Source: Octopus sinensis
Taxonomy: Eukaryota
DNA length: 64,000 nt
Direction: 5' to 3'
Assembly (NCBI RefSeq): GCF_006345805.1
Contig: NC_043008.1
Location: 32,488,001 to 32,552,000 of the forward strand
The notes under the pieces are model-generated. The model had not been told where the DNA came from. It saw only the letters and a list, made by a program, of their open reading frames with translations, and did not search any database. The first letter of the stretch is position 1; every line of letters starts with the position of its first letter. This document shows, piece after piece, positions 52,600 to 64,000 of the stretch. A program made the position numbers and the translations under genes.

Positions 52600-53640
52600 C
52601 AGTGTTTATTAAAATACCTTTCATTTTAAAAATTTAACAGACTCTGCAGATAAAATTCAATTATTCTAAGAACGTCTGTGATCAAGCTGATAACCGTTCT
52701 GGTTCAGGCACCGCTAATAATGCAAAGCAATAGGATCGCAAGCATCAAGATTTCGTTCGATATTAGTGCACATTCTCATTCAATACCTATCTGCAATACC
52801 TTGTCCGTTACCGGTTTTTCTTAAAAACTCTAGTGCCATGAGGTCTGGGGAATGCAGAGGGTTTTGTACTGATCCTCTTCAATCATTCCACCTGCTTGCC
52901 AAAATCTCACCCTGGTAGGCCCTCACATTACTGTGGTAGTGTCGGGGTTATCCTATCTTGCTGTAAATAAAGCTCTATTATTTCTAAATCCGCTTGACTG
53001 CTTGAACGATAAATTGTCGCCGCAAGCTCAAGCGATTGACATCATTTAAAGTTCCATAAAAAAAAAATGATCGAATTAATCCTTTTGATGATAAGCTTTC
53101 TGTAACTCCTGGTAAATTAACATGATGTTCCTCCATAATATCCGGATTCTCAAGTCTTCAGTAAGATGTAATTATGATGGTTAATTGGGCTTTTTCATTT
53201 AAACGTAGCCTCATCACTCCAAACAACTTCTGTTAGTAAGTGAGCATCTTCTCCACATCTTGCCAAGTACCTCTTGCAAAACTCCACTCTTTGGTCTGGG
53301 TCACCATCATTAAGAGCAAAGACAATTCTTGTAACGTAACTTTTCCAATGACAGCGCTCGATTTTGAAATCCCTATCTTACGACTCGCTTGCTGCATAAA
53401 TTTTCTTGAACTTTCATAATACGTGTCTAGTACACATTTTGTATTGTGTGACTCGTAGAAGTTCGCAGTTTTCCGTAACTTTTCTTGTGGACATTCTAAA
53501 CAGATACGTCTGATTTAAGCTTATCTCTAATTCGAATGTTGGTAAATTGCATAAGCGGATCCTTTTGAAACTCCATCTCCAACTGCCTTCACATTTTGAC
53601 AGCGTTTTCAAACTTCCAGTCGCATTTTAGGGTAAACTTC
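52600..53640 (-). mobile_element. Decayed Tc1/mariner element, rosa/DD41D-like
   Basis: Minus strand: WKFENAV...RIRDK (HTH), [14 protein letters not shown]...[13 protein letters not shown]...HHVNLPGVT, and HSPDLMALEF near 52830-52853. Confidence 0.75.
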
Positions 53641-53727
53641 CTTTATATGTATGTGTGTGTGTGTGTGTGTGTATTTATATATATATGTATGAACGTATAT
53701 ATGTATGAACGTATATATGTATGAACG

Positions 53728-53761
<34 letters not shown>

Positions 53762-53789
53762 TGTATGTATGTATGTATCTATCTATCTA

Positions 53790-53866
<77 letters not shown>

Positions 53867-53983
53867 TACTCAGATAAGTGTATGTATGTGTGTTTGTGTA
53901 AAATGCAATACGTTATATGCCTTAGGAGTTATACACGCGTGCAAATATACATATTTATATATTTGTATATATATTTGTATATA

Positions 53984-54045
<62 letters not shown>

Positions 54046-55444
54046 GTATGTGGATACAAACTTCTACACACAGACACACGCACACACATACACACACACG
54101 TACGCACGCACACACACGCACACACACATACACATACTATGTCTATGCCCATACGTACACATGTCAGAGTAAATAGTAATTAACAGCTACAGTTAATTGC
54201 TGAAGGGTAAGTTATTAGCTTGCATTATGTGTATCAGCGATTGTGTGTGTGCGTATACGTACTATATACCTAGATTGGCTTATGTGTATCAATGAATATA
54301 CGTATGTGTGTGCGTGTGTATGCATGTGTGTGTATGCGCGCGCGTGTGTGTGTGTTCGTGTGTGTGCGAGTGTGTGTGTGTGTGTATGGGCTGATTTAGC
54401 TGTTTGGGCCATAACTTCTGTATCTTAATCTATAATACACATTTTGTCAGTTATGTCTGTATATGTATGTAAGCATGTATGTATGTATGCGTACAAGCAT
54501 GCATGCATATACGTATGGATGCGTGTGTTTGTGTGTATATATGTGAACGTATATTTGTGTGTTTGGGTTCTATATAATGAATACTTGTGTTTGTGTCTAA
54601 ATATTCATTTATAAGGTTGTGTGTGTGTGTGCAATGTGTGTGATTGTGAGAGTGTGATGTGTAGTTTATCACCTTATAACTTGAAGCGCAACCTGATCCA
54701 CCCTTTAGTAAATCACACCAGTTTACAATACGGTGACGTCACAAAATAAATACCGATCAAATCCCAAACGTGAAAACCAATTGGTTATGCTGTAATGATT
54801 TATTCCAAGTTAACTGTTTCTCGTTTATATAATAGATAAGAAGTTATTAATAGATTAGTACATTTGTTTACACAACAATCTGTTTGACATAATTAACAGT
54901 ATTATACACTTAGCATTCTTTTATCCTTTTATCTATTATAATAACTGGTCAGTTTCGTGTTATTGTAGAAGACACTTACCCAAGGGCTCGCACAGTGGAA
55001 CTAAAGCTTTCTCACACAGTATTAATAATAATAATCCTTTCTACTACAGGCACAACCTTGAAATTTAGCGGGAGGAGACTACTCGATTACATCGACCCCC
55101 AGTGTTTCAATGGTTCTTATTTCATCGATCCTGAAAGGACGAAAGGCAAAGTTGGCATCGGCGGAATTTGAACTCGGGATGTAAGGACGGACGAAATGCC
55201 GCTAAGCAATTTGCTCGGCTCGCTAACGATTCTGCCTTCTCGCTGCCTTGGTTTCAAATATTGGCTCAAGGCCAGCAAGTTTGGGGGAGGGTAAAGTCGA
55301 TTACATCGGCCCCAGTACTCAACTGGTACTTATTTTATCGACCCATATAGGATGTAAGGCAAATTTGAACTCAGAACATAAAGATGGAGGAAATACCGCA
55401 AAGCATTTTGCTCGGCATGCTAACAATTCTGCCAGCTCACCGCC

Positions 55445-55492
<48 letters not shown>

Positions 55493-55599
55493 TAATAATA
55501 ATAATGATAATAATAATGTATGATGTGTAGTTTATTATGTTATAACTTGAAGCACAACCTGATCCATCCTTTAGTAAATCACACCAGGTTACAATACTG

Positions 55600-57330
55600 C
55601 GAGGAATGTAATGTGTTTCCTGAAGAAAAGTATGGTGGGATGGAAAATTGAACTGACATCTTACGAAAAAAGCTTGGGCACCCTGGGTATCAGAAAAAGG
55701 ATTTTCCAGGGTGATAGTGTATCTCCGTTGCTTTATGTTCTCTGCATAATATCCCATGATACCCCATGACACCTCTTGGTACTCAAGAAAATGAAGCTGG
55801 GAGATCAGCTAAAGGGAAAATCCCTAAATAATCAACCACTTCCTCTGCATGGATGATTTGAAACTCTATGGCAAAAGATGAGACACAAGTGAGTTCCTTG
55901 GTGAACACGGTCCGCTGTTTTAGTGCTGATATTAGAATGAAATTTGGATTTAAGAAGTGCGGAAAAAGCTACCTAAAAAGGAGTAAGATACAGTCCCTAG
56001 CAGGGATATAATTACCGAATAGAGACTTGATTAAGCAAATTGAAACGGAAGGATACAAATACCTTAGTGTACTTGAGTTCAATGGGATAATGGAAAGGGA
56101 AATGAAAGAGCAACTGAGGATGGAGTATTTCCGAAGACTGGGGTTGGCGTTGCGCTCAAAAGTGACTGGATGAAATAAAATCCAAGCAATTAATACGTGA
56201 GCGATAGTATCACTTCGGTATGGAGCGGGAATTATAAAATGGCAAAAGAGAGAAGTGAAGAAAATGGATACCAAGACCAGAGAAATGTTGACACCCTAAG
56301 AGTGACACCAATAGACTGCACTTGTTCAGAAGAAAGGGTGGAAGAGGTTTGGTCAGTTGCCAGGACTGTATCGAAGCAGAAGAAAATAGCTTAGGGTGAT
56401 ACAAAAAAAATCCGTGGAAGAAAGGCTGGCATCATCAAAACTGAAAATTTTGCAACGAAAGAAAAATTTAAACAAGATATGAACAAAATAAGAAAAGAAA
56501 AACCATGGAAGGAAAAGAAAATGTACGGTCAGTTTGCAAGAGATGTGAACGCCAAGACAGATACAGAGGACCGGTGGCTATGATTGAGGAGAAGTGACCT
56601 GAAGATAGAGACAGAAGCACTCATATGCGCAGCTCAGGAACAAGCGATAAGGACCAACTATATGAAGAGCAAAATAGACAACACTTCCGATAGCAACAAA
56701 TGCAGAATGTATGGTGAGAGAGGTGAAACAGTATGGTGCATCGTTAGCGAATACTCGAAATTGGTTCAGCGAGATTACAAAAGACACCATGAAAATGTGG
56801 TAAGAATGATCCATTGAAGCCTCTGTTGAAATCACGACCTACGAAGAGCCAAGATGTGGTATGAGAAAACTCCAGGAGTCAACGAAAATGAGAATTGCAA
56901 AATCTTGTGGGATGCAATGATCCAGGAAACCGGACATTGTTGTGGTGAATAAAGACAAAAGAATATGTATGATTATTGACACAGCTTGCCTCGATGACAA
57001 CAGGATCAATGTGAAAGAAGTAAAAAATAAACTATGACTAGTGGGAAATACGAAGGTTGTTGTCAATGAAAAGAGTAGACGTCATATCAATAGTAACTGA
57101 CACACTTGGGTGCACTTGAAAATGTCAGCACTCAACTACCAGCATGGCTGAAAAAGATCGGTGCAAGTGTGAAGGTACAACACCTACAAAAATCAGCATT
57201 GCCTGGAACTACAAGAATTCTTCGAAGGGTTCTTGAAGCATGACCGGTAAACAAGTGTCACCTTAGTCTGCTGGCTGTGGTCAGCTGACACTTTCCATCA
57301 TACCCAGCAAAATAAGCTGTGAGTTTTCAT
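55600..57330 (+). mobile_element. 5'-truncated R4/Dong-clade non-LTR retrotransposon, copy 2 (different subfamily)
   Basis: RT motifs IFQGDSVSPLL and INHFLCMDDLKLY, GYKYL, ETEALICAAQEQAIRTN, CRMYGERGETV, YKRHH, KPDIVVV...IIDTAC. Ends RRVLEA* at 57243. Preceded by (AAT)n and followed by (ACT)n(AAT)n. Confidence 0.9.
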
Positions 57331-57342
57331 GTACTACTACTG

Positions 57343-57435
<93 letters not shown>

Positions 57436-57458
57436 ATAATAATAATAATAATAATAAT

Positions 57459-57938
57459 ATTTTGTCTTGGTATAAAAGATGGGCTACAGCAAATATTCTT
57501 CTCAATACCACAGATTTGCTTGTCAGTTGTTTGACTTTAACCAGTTGAGCATGTCCCTTAGTGGCTGACGATATGTGCATCGCTGATCACGAGCAGAAGT
57601 AGTGGGGGAGCATCATAGCCATGTGTTGAGAGGGATTCTTTGAGGTTTGAATAATTCACTCTGGAAACATAGGTGTTTCGTTCAACATCCTTAAACAACC
57701 CTTATTCAGGTACCTTCTGAGCGGGATGGATTACTCAACCAGAAGAAAATTCTAACTGGGCCCCACTTGCAAGGTCATGTGCTGTTTATCTTGATATGAG
57801 ATCACCATGTCGCGCACATATGGTTGTGATGCATGTGCCTAGTGTACCCTTATTAGACGGGTAGTCATGATGGGTATACTGAGCTTCGTATATTTTACCC
57901 CAGTGTCACTTTGATGGCATGCACTGCTCTCTCACTCA
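57459..57938 (+). repeat. Non-coding insertion of about 480 bp bounded by (AAT)n
   Basis: More GC-rich block with sharp (AAT)n boundaries on both sides and hairpins near the 3' end. Strand is inferred. Confidence 0.5.
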
Positions 57939-58330
57939 ATAATAATAATAATAATAACAATAATTTTTGAATCAGTTGAATCCGGGAATCGAAACCACAA
58001 CCCCGAGATCGTGGAGGAAACGCCTAACAACATTCAGCGTTCTCTTGTTTTAGCAAGCCAAATCTAGTAAAAGAGGGGAAAATGAAATTCAAAGTATCAA
58101 CTTGGAAGACTTAAAAGAAATTCTTGCCTCTCAATCATTTTCTTATAATCTCGAAAGTAACTTAAAATATTTATTATAGCCTGAATAGATATTTCCTAAA
58201 TTAATTCCAAACTGTTTCTATAGGTTCTATTTTTTCATATTTCAAAAATCCTAAAGAAAATGTGCGTATAGATATTCATACTACAAAGCTTTGTAGGTTA
58301 TCTTTGCTGAATAGATAATATTATCTATCC

Positions 58331-58473
<143 letters not shown>

Positions 58474-58949
58474 GGGAGAATTCACAAAAAAGGCGTAGAC
58501 AACAAACAGATGTATTGGTTTAACGCTCGGGAAGTGAAAAAGTCTTTAACGTTTCGAGCCTATGCTCTTCTACAGAGAGGAACACAGAAAGAAACAGAGA
58601 GAGAAAATAAAGAATGTGTAGTGGCTAGCAATCTATCATGACGAATGCCGGAAAGAGGGGTCACACGGGAGAGCTAGGAAGAAGGGGAGATAATAAAATA
58701 GTGGTGATCCCAAAACGAAGGTGCGCGTACGTGTGTATAAGAAAGCATGTATGTGCATGTGGAAGAGGGCTGGTGACCTTGACGCATGCGTGTGTGTATG
58801 TGTAGGTGTGTAGATGATGGTGTGGGACTGGGAAGTGGTCAGTGCTAGTGTGTGCCTGGTGGGGTATGTGGGAGTGGGTGTAAGAGGGTGGGGTTACGAT
58901 GAAGGTAGAGGGAGAAGGGAGAATGTAGGTAGGAGTGATATATATATAT

Positions 58950-58998
<49 letters not shown>

Positions 58999-59094
58999 CT
59001 ATAAACAATTGCAGCATGGAAGGGTGTTTATAAGCCATCTAAAATCACAAAAATCGTTAGATTCACTTCAACATTCTGTGATGCAGCACGGAAT

Positions 59095-59145
59095 TTTGTC
59101 AGTGAACAAGTCACGGTCTCAAAGCGACGAAAATATTTTGGCAAA
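59095..59145 (+). ncRNA. Minimal hammerhead ribozyme, G3:C8 variant
   Basis: TTTGTCA-GTGAACA-A-GTCacggtctcaaagcGAC-GAAA-ATAT-TT-TGGCAAA, in the loop of an inverted repeat (59021-59075 / 59155-59210). Confidence 0.72.
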
Positions 59146-59372
59146 TCAAATTTAAATGTTGAAGTGAATCTAACGGTTTGTGTATGTTTTTAAATGGCTT
59201 ATAACACCTTCCTCGCCGCAATCGTTTTTGTTTCAGCACCCGATCTCAGATCAGGTCACTTTCTATGCAAGTACATCCCCGTAATATATATACATATATA
59301 TATGACCACGTGTGTATCGTTGGCGATTTTCTTTTTCCGTCTTTCCTTCCCCGGACCTTTCCTTTTTCTATG

Positions 59373-59405
59373 TTTCTGACGAAGAGCTCCTCTCGAAACG
59401 TTAAA
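59373..59405 (+). ncRNA. Minimal type-I hammerhead ribozyme
   Basis: TTT-CTGACGA-A-GAGctcctCTC-GAAA-CG-TT-AAA, with palindromic ACGT stem III. Confidence 0.7.
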
Positions 59406-59515
59406 TCCTCCTTCTTTCTTTCTTTTCCTGAGCGTCCAATAACACTATACTTGTTCCACGTCCTCGCGTTGTTGTGTTTTCTCTTTGTGTTTTCATGTTT
59501 GGATTAACTTTACAG

Positions 59516-59585
<70 letters not shown>

Positions 59586-59999
59586 AACTGTGTGTGTGTG
59601 TGTTGTAAAGTTGTTCAAATTCCGAACTTCAAAAGCTACGTTGCACAAAACATCCTCGTTATTACTACAACCAACCAACACGAGTAGCAGCAGCTGCGCC
59701 ATCTCCGCCACCACCACCACCAACAACAACAACTCCTATCAATTACATGAACATCACAACCCTCTTTACACCACCACACAAACAACAACAACAAAGTCAC
59801 CCCCACCACCGCTACTACCTCTATCGCCACTACTACCACCATCACCACTATCAAAGACCTCATTAACACTATCACCATCGCCTCTACCACCACAACATCA
59901 TCACCATCGCCATAAACAACACAACCACTGTCACTACGGCCATCGCCACTAACACGATATCTACAATGATTGCCTTCCTGTCAGGAAGGTCAGAGTCCT

Positions 60000-60505
60000 G
60001 CGTAGAAGAAAAATGTATGCCACTAAAACTGCTGCCAATTTTTGAATGGAAATAGTTTACAGACAATGGTCTTGTCGCAGGAATTTGAATCAATGTATTG
60101 GATTTAGCATTCCTTGCAACTGCTGCACTGGAACTCAAAAATTATACAAAAACCTGAGGATGACATTTTCTACAGCCTCCGTAAGAAATATAAAGCCGTG
60201 TATACAAGGATGATTGCGGGGGAATGCACAAAAAAACCAAGACAGTTCTTTACTTGCATTCAAATGCCTGATCAATATTCAAACCGAAAAGACCAGAACC
60301 ACGCGTGTCTCGACCAACTATCAAAGCTGAAATGGAGCCCCAAGAGGAGGCCGGTATCTTGCAACCGATGAACTACTCAGCGTCGGTGGCACCAATCGTG
60401 GTCGTTAAAAAGCCAAATAGGAAGATCCGAATCTGTGCCTGTCTAAATGACGTTTCGGACAAGCATCAGTAATCATTCGCATTATCTGACAATATTTTAA
60501 CTGCC
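60000..60505 (+). mobile_element. Ty3/Gypsy pol fragment
   Basis: NYSASVAPIVVVKKPNRKIRICA at 60372-60440 matches the WAAPIVVVKKxxGxIRIC start of Gypsy RT. Preceded by a decayed GECTK...IFKPKRP linker. Confidence 0.7.
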
Positions 60506-60509
60506 TCTA

Positions 60510-60915
60510 TCCTCACCACCATCCTCATTAGCTTCACCATCAAAACCACTGACACCACTATCACAACCATCATTACCACCATAATCACCACTATCGCCAC
60601 CACAACTAACACAATTGTACCACCATTCTCCCTACCACCGCATCCGTTACTAGTATTACTACCACTACCTCCACGACTACCGTCATCAACACTCCACCAC
60701 CATTGTCACCACCATCATGAGTCTCACGACTACCACCGTCACAACTAATTCCATCAGCTACCACCACCAACAACAACAGCAACATCAACACCACCACCAA
60801 CAACAACACCAACACCGCCGCTACCACCACCACCGCCACCGCCATCGCCGCTGCCGCCGCCGCCGCCTCTCCCACCGCCGCCGCCTCTCCCACCGCTGCC
60901 ACCTCCACCAACATA
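60510..60915. repeat. (CAC/CAA/CGC)n trinucleotide low-complexity block
   Basis: Directly visible. A similar block lies at 59690-59950. Confidence 0.9.
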
Positions 60916-61395
60916 TTGGATAATAGAGTTTGAGCTACCCTATTGTTTTTAATGTTTAAGTCATTTGACTGTGGTCAAGCTGGAGCAGCATCTAGACGAA
61001 AAATATCCCAAAATCTCAAAAACCTTCCGCCATCACCGCCACCACCATCGCCACCATCACCGCCTGTCCCATCTCGAGTGCAGCTGCCGTATGTTTAAAA
61101 TCAAACGTGGAAGATATCCAAAACGTTATTTCTACCCAATTTACAAACATGACACCAACACGAGACCATAATAGATGACATTTAGTTTCTTAGAGTCAGT
61201 CAAATTCCTAAATTCATTGGACTTCTAGTGTTCACCGTGTATTTTAAGTCTACTCGTAGTTTCTATACACACTCAACATTGGTCAAAGTTTTACTACTTC
61301 GTTCTTTTCTCCCCCCCCCTCTCTTTTTCTCTCATACCTCTCTCTCTGTTCCTCAACACTTGCTCACAATGCATGCCACTATGTGTGTTTCAGTT

Positions 61396-61429
<34 letters not shown>

Positions 61430-61573
61430 GAAGTGTATTTGTTTGTGTCTTTTCGTGTGTGTATAAAAGAGAGAGAAAGAGGGCGAGGCAAAGTGGGAAA
61501 CAGAGAGAGAGTGAGAGATTATTTCTGTATGTATATGTTTGTGTGAATGTTTATTTGTGGTGTGTGTGCGTGC

Positions 61574-61661
<88 letters not shown>

Positions 61662-62299
61662 CACATATGTGTATGTGTGTGTGTGTATGTATGTAAGTGT
61701 GTGTGTTTGAGTGTTTGTATCTATGCATGCGCACGTGTTCGTTATGTTGTAGTTCATTTGAATGCCTATGTACAAAAGATTTGCTATCGGAAACCATTTC
61801 ATGAATCTTTATGACTTCAATTAGAGTATACATATAATTAATCTACGTTTAATACGGGCAGTGAGTGATTGATAGAACCAGTGGAGCATCGGACAAAACA
61901 CTTTGTGACATGTTACTTAGTTTACAATCTGATTCAAATCTTGTAGCGATCGACTTTGATTTTCATTATTCTTGTGACTAAAAGAATAAAGTAGCGGGAA
62001 AATACCTCAGTTGATTTAATCAAATACACATTTGAAGTCAATGGCCATTGGCTAATGACTAAGCGGCAATTTATTTTGACAATAATGAAGGATTTAGTAG
62101 AATAACTTTGTCGTTGTCAATCCAGTATTTGTAATATAAATTGCCATGAAATTTTAATGAATCGTTTAATTTAGATAATTGTAAAACAGAAAGCTTCTAT
62201 CATAGACCCAGAGGTGTCCTCAGAAGAGCAGGTTTAAAGTTACCAGCTTAATACTGGAAAAATTATTTGAATAAATTCTTCATTATTTTCAATATTTAT

Positions 62300-63290
62300 A
62301 AGGCAGCGAGCTCGCAGAAACGTTAGCACGCCGGGCGAAATGCTTAGCAGTATTTCGTCTGCCGCTATGTTCTGAGTTCAAATTCCACCGAGGTCGACTT
62401 TGCCTTTCATCATTTCGGGGGTCGATTAAATACGTACCAGTTACGCACTGGAGTCGATATAATCGACTTAATCCGTTTGTCTGTCAATGTCTGTCCCCTC
62501 TGTGTGTAGCCCCTTGTGGACAGTAAAGAAATAAGTATTTCGCCTGTTACAAGGTTCGACTTCGCCTTTCATCCTTTTTGGGGTCGATAAAACAAGCACC
62601 AGTTGAACACTGGGATCGATGTAATCAACCAGTTCCTTATCCCCAAATTGCTGCGCTTGTGGAAAAGTTTGAAACCATTATTAAAGAGGCGTCGAGCTGG
62701 CAGAATCGTTAAGCACACTGGACGAAATGTTTAGCGGTATTTCGCTCGTCGCTACGATCTGAGTTCAAATTCCGCCGAGATCGACTTTGCCTTTCATCTT
62801 TTTGGGGTCGATAAATTAAGCATCAGTCGTGTATTGCGGTCAATCTAATTGACTGATCCCCTCCCCAGAATTTCGGAACTTGTGCCTACAGTAGAAAAGA
62901 ATATTTACTGAAACAAGGCGACGAGCTGTCAGAATCGTTAGCTCATCGGGAAAAATGCTTAGCAGCATTTCGTTCGACTATACATTCTGAGATCAAATTC
63001 CGCCAAAGTCGACTTTACCTTTCACCTTTTTGGCTGAAATTGCTGGCTTTGTGCCAAAATTTGAAACCAATATTAAATGCATATAAAAGTCGGTAAGCTG
63101 GCACTATCGCTTTGCAGCATTTCAACCGTCTTTTCGTTTTCGTTCTGAGTTCAAATTCCACCGAGGTCGACTTTACCGTTCATCTGTTCACGGTCGCTAA
63201 TATAAGTAGCAATTGCACACTGGGGTTAATGAAATCGACTTACCCCTTCCCCCGGACTTGCTGGCCTTGTGCCACAATTTGAAGCCAATT
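62300..63290 (+). mobile_element. Head-to-tail array of about 5 family-B SINE copies
   Basis: Repeated gagct(g)gcaga...gagttcaaattcc.ccgaggtcgacttt..ctttca units starting near 62300, 62535 (partial), 62688, 62917 and 63090. Confidence 0.85.
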
Positions 63291-64000
63291 TACTGAAACA
63301 GGTTGTGTATTTCACAAAAGAATTAAATCCATAATGATAGCGAGCTTATAAACAGTTTTTGACAGTTAAAGAGCGTACTTGAACGCTGAAGAGAAACTAT
63401 ACAGTCAGGCTGATTGTAAATAAACACAAGATGCTTATGCCTGTTTATACAATGTAGATCTACGTAAAAATAAGGCGGAGTTACTTATCTTGTTCTTACT
63501 ATTATTGCTGTTGTTTATAGCCATTAAAAAGTCACAGGATTTGTAATGGCAGTGTGTTGTATTGCTACTGGTGATAGATATATAGAGATAGATAGGTAGG
63601 TAGATAGATAAATAGAGAGAGAGAGAGAGAGAGAGACCCATTGTTACACAATAGACATAAACAAAGACATGCACACACAAACACTCACATAAACACACAC
63701 ATACACGTACACACATAAACACGCATACACACAAACACAAATAAATGCAACAGTTTCTCCATCTTGTCTATAGTAGAACGAGATGCTTAGATGTACAAAG
63801 AAAAGAGCAGGAGAGATATATGGTGTAGGTAATTTGCGTAAATAAAAAAAAACGAGAGAAAAGATGTAACTCAGAGAGACCAACGACAGATTTGAATAAC
63901 GAAGACGAATAAGATTATAAATAAATACCATACAAGATAAATTCACATTTTGTTAACACTGTCTCCACTTCCAGAGAGGATAGAACAATCACTTGGTGGC

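Overview
AT-rich, microsatellite-dense eukaryotic DNA, most likely from an octopus or other coleoid cephalopod (inferred from the repeat landscape, not from a database search). Only one host gene can be supported: the last two coding exons of a sorting nexin SNX1/SNX2 orthologue (617-769 and 4350-4400, + strand). The rest is intergenic repeat. It includes three tRNA-derived SINE families, Tc1/mariner relics (maT-like, mariner, rosa/DD41D-like), a near-full-length hAT element, a hAT MITE with a TSD, an internally deleted Chapaev3-like element, two 5'-truncated R4/Dong-type non-LTR retrotransposons in (TAA)n tracts, LINE and Gypsy fragments, and a 7-kb palindrome of four Penelope-like (RT + GIY-YIG) segments. 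The most notable signal is non-coding RNA structure. About 14 minimal type-I hammerhead ribozyme motifs from about 7 families sit in (TA)n-embedded, often fold-back elements, and they include C3:G8, U3:A8 and G3:C8 versions of the core tertiary pair. The two divergent R4-like elements share a covarying 3'UTR fold. Nearly all other ORFs in the track are microsatellite translations. Element boundaries are read by eye and approximate.
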